Source: Catajapyx aquilonaris (lineage: Eukaryota). Taken from it: a stretch of 37,407 bases of DNA. The stretch spans positions 1 through 37,407 of the forward strand of contig KZ539533.1 in assembly GCA_000934665.2 (NCBI GenBank). Reading direction: 5' to 3'. This document shows positions 36,418 through 37,407 of the stretch, piece by piece (the stretch's first letter is position 1; every line of letters starts with the position of its first letter). Below the pieces are notes generated by a model. That model made no database searches. It saw nothing but the letters and a program-made list of their open reading frames with translations, and had not been told where the DNA came from. The position numbers were made by a program, and so were the translations under genes.

Positions 36418-37407
36418 CCTAGTGCATCCAACTCTCCGGCTCTTGTTCCAACTGCAAGGGAAGAGACGCCTGGTGTAGAATCACAAATGTTGATGTAAAT
36501 GCTCCAAGCCTGAGTGTCAGCCTGCTAGGCCTATGCCCTTCCACTGACCCACAAGCCAGACCTTGTCCTCCCAATGAACGAATCAAGTACTGCCGCAGGA
36601 CACCTAGGCCTAGTCTTCCGTCGTGACAAGCCCCTCCCGACCCCGTCCCGTCGCAGACTGACACGGAGACAGGCCGACTGGATTCGGAAACCTTCCGAGC
36701 TAGGCCTGGCGAGATACTCACGGTGAGGGTGTCCCTCCTCCCAGTGTCAGCCGACGTCCGCGGCGAGTGTCTCCCTGTGGCTCGGCCAGACCTTGGCCTT
36801 TCCACCGATGGACGGTCCCTGCCCCTTGCTTTGGACCCGACAAACCAGCTGTCCCCCGGAATGTACAAAAACCTGGCCTCTTGTTTGTTCCACTCAGGTG
36901 ACGATATGAAGAAATGTATTCCGTTTATGACTCATTAAGCAGCGGACATTGCCAACAGAAACCACCAGACCATTCCACACGAATAATTTATACCCTTACT
37001 TCGGTTACTCCCTTTTATTCTCGTAATCAGACTCAAAAATAAACAGGCCATTAGTTAAAACTTACAATAAAACATTTTCAATATATGACGTCTTTACGTA
37101 ATTACGACCTTCGAATTCGAATCAAACTGCCGTGCAAACTGGTAGCCATATTTGATGCAGGCAGGGGTGGGAAAACTTTTTCCTCCGTCGGCCGCATATA
37201 GATTTTGAAAAAAAATGACGGGGTGCATCTAACAAAAGCAACTTATCTAATATATATAAAGCCCCAATCCGAGGAGGATATAGGATGGAAAAGATCTCCC
37301 ACTTCCCGAGGTCGTACAGACCTCGGACTTACGCCGTTGGATTCCTTGCACCCGCTTTCCTATTTTGAAAAATCCTCAAAACCGCCAATTTCCCAGCCGT
37401 TTTCGAG

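Noticed and set aside
37162..37407. hAT-like start CAGGGGTGGGAAAAC near the window end
   Set aside because: Only one terminus visible; cannot be delimited.
1..37407. Prokaryotic systems (CRISPR, operons, defence islands), tRNA or rRNA genes
   Set aside because: Sequence is spliced eukaryotic DNA; no such signatures seen.

Overview
Eukaryotic, intron-rich genomic DNA, most likely from an arthropod draft assembly (one N gap). Four conserved genes can be built with GT-AG junctions and consistent phases: (1) the 5' part of puromycin-sensitive aminopeptidase (Psa/NPEPPS, minus strand, running off the left edge just before GAMEN); (2) complete TMEM65 (minus, 6 coding exons, ~351 aa); (3) complete CSN5/COPS5 (plus, 3 coding exons, ~338 aa), head-to-head with TMEM65; (4) a complete LAPTM4-family gene (minus, 5 coding exons, ~365 aa), tail-to-tail with CSN5. 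Introns hold several MITEs, a decayed LINE with a nested MITE, and microsatellites. The main finding is a pair of tandem, homologous 151-nt Psa exons (3667-3817 and 3428-3578) that look mutually exclusive. One encodes canonical TQFEAT, the other TQLCPT, which lacks the Glu that anchors the substrate alpha-amino group. The sequence also suggests a switching mechanism: frame incompatibility, branch-point candidates crowded against the upstream donor, and a 13-bp RNA stem covering the exon B acceptor. All gene models were read by eye and have no expression support.
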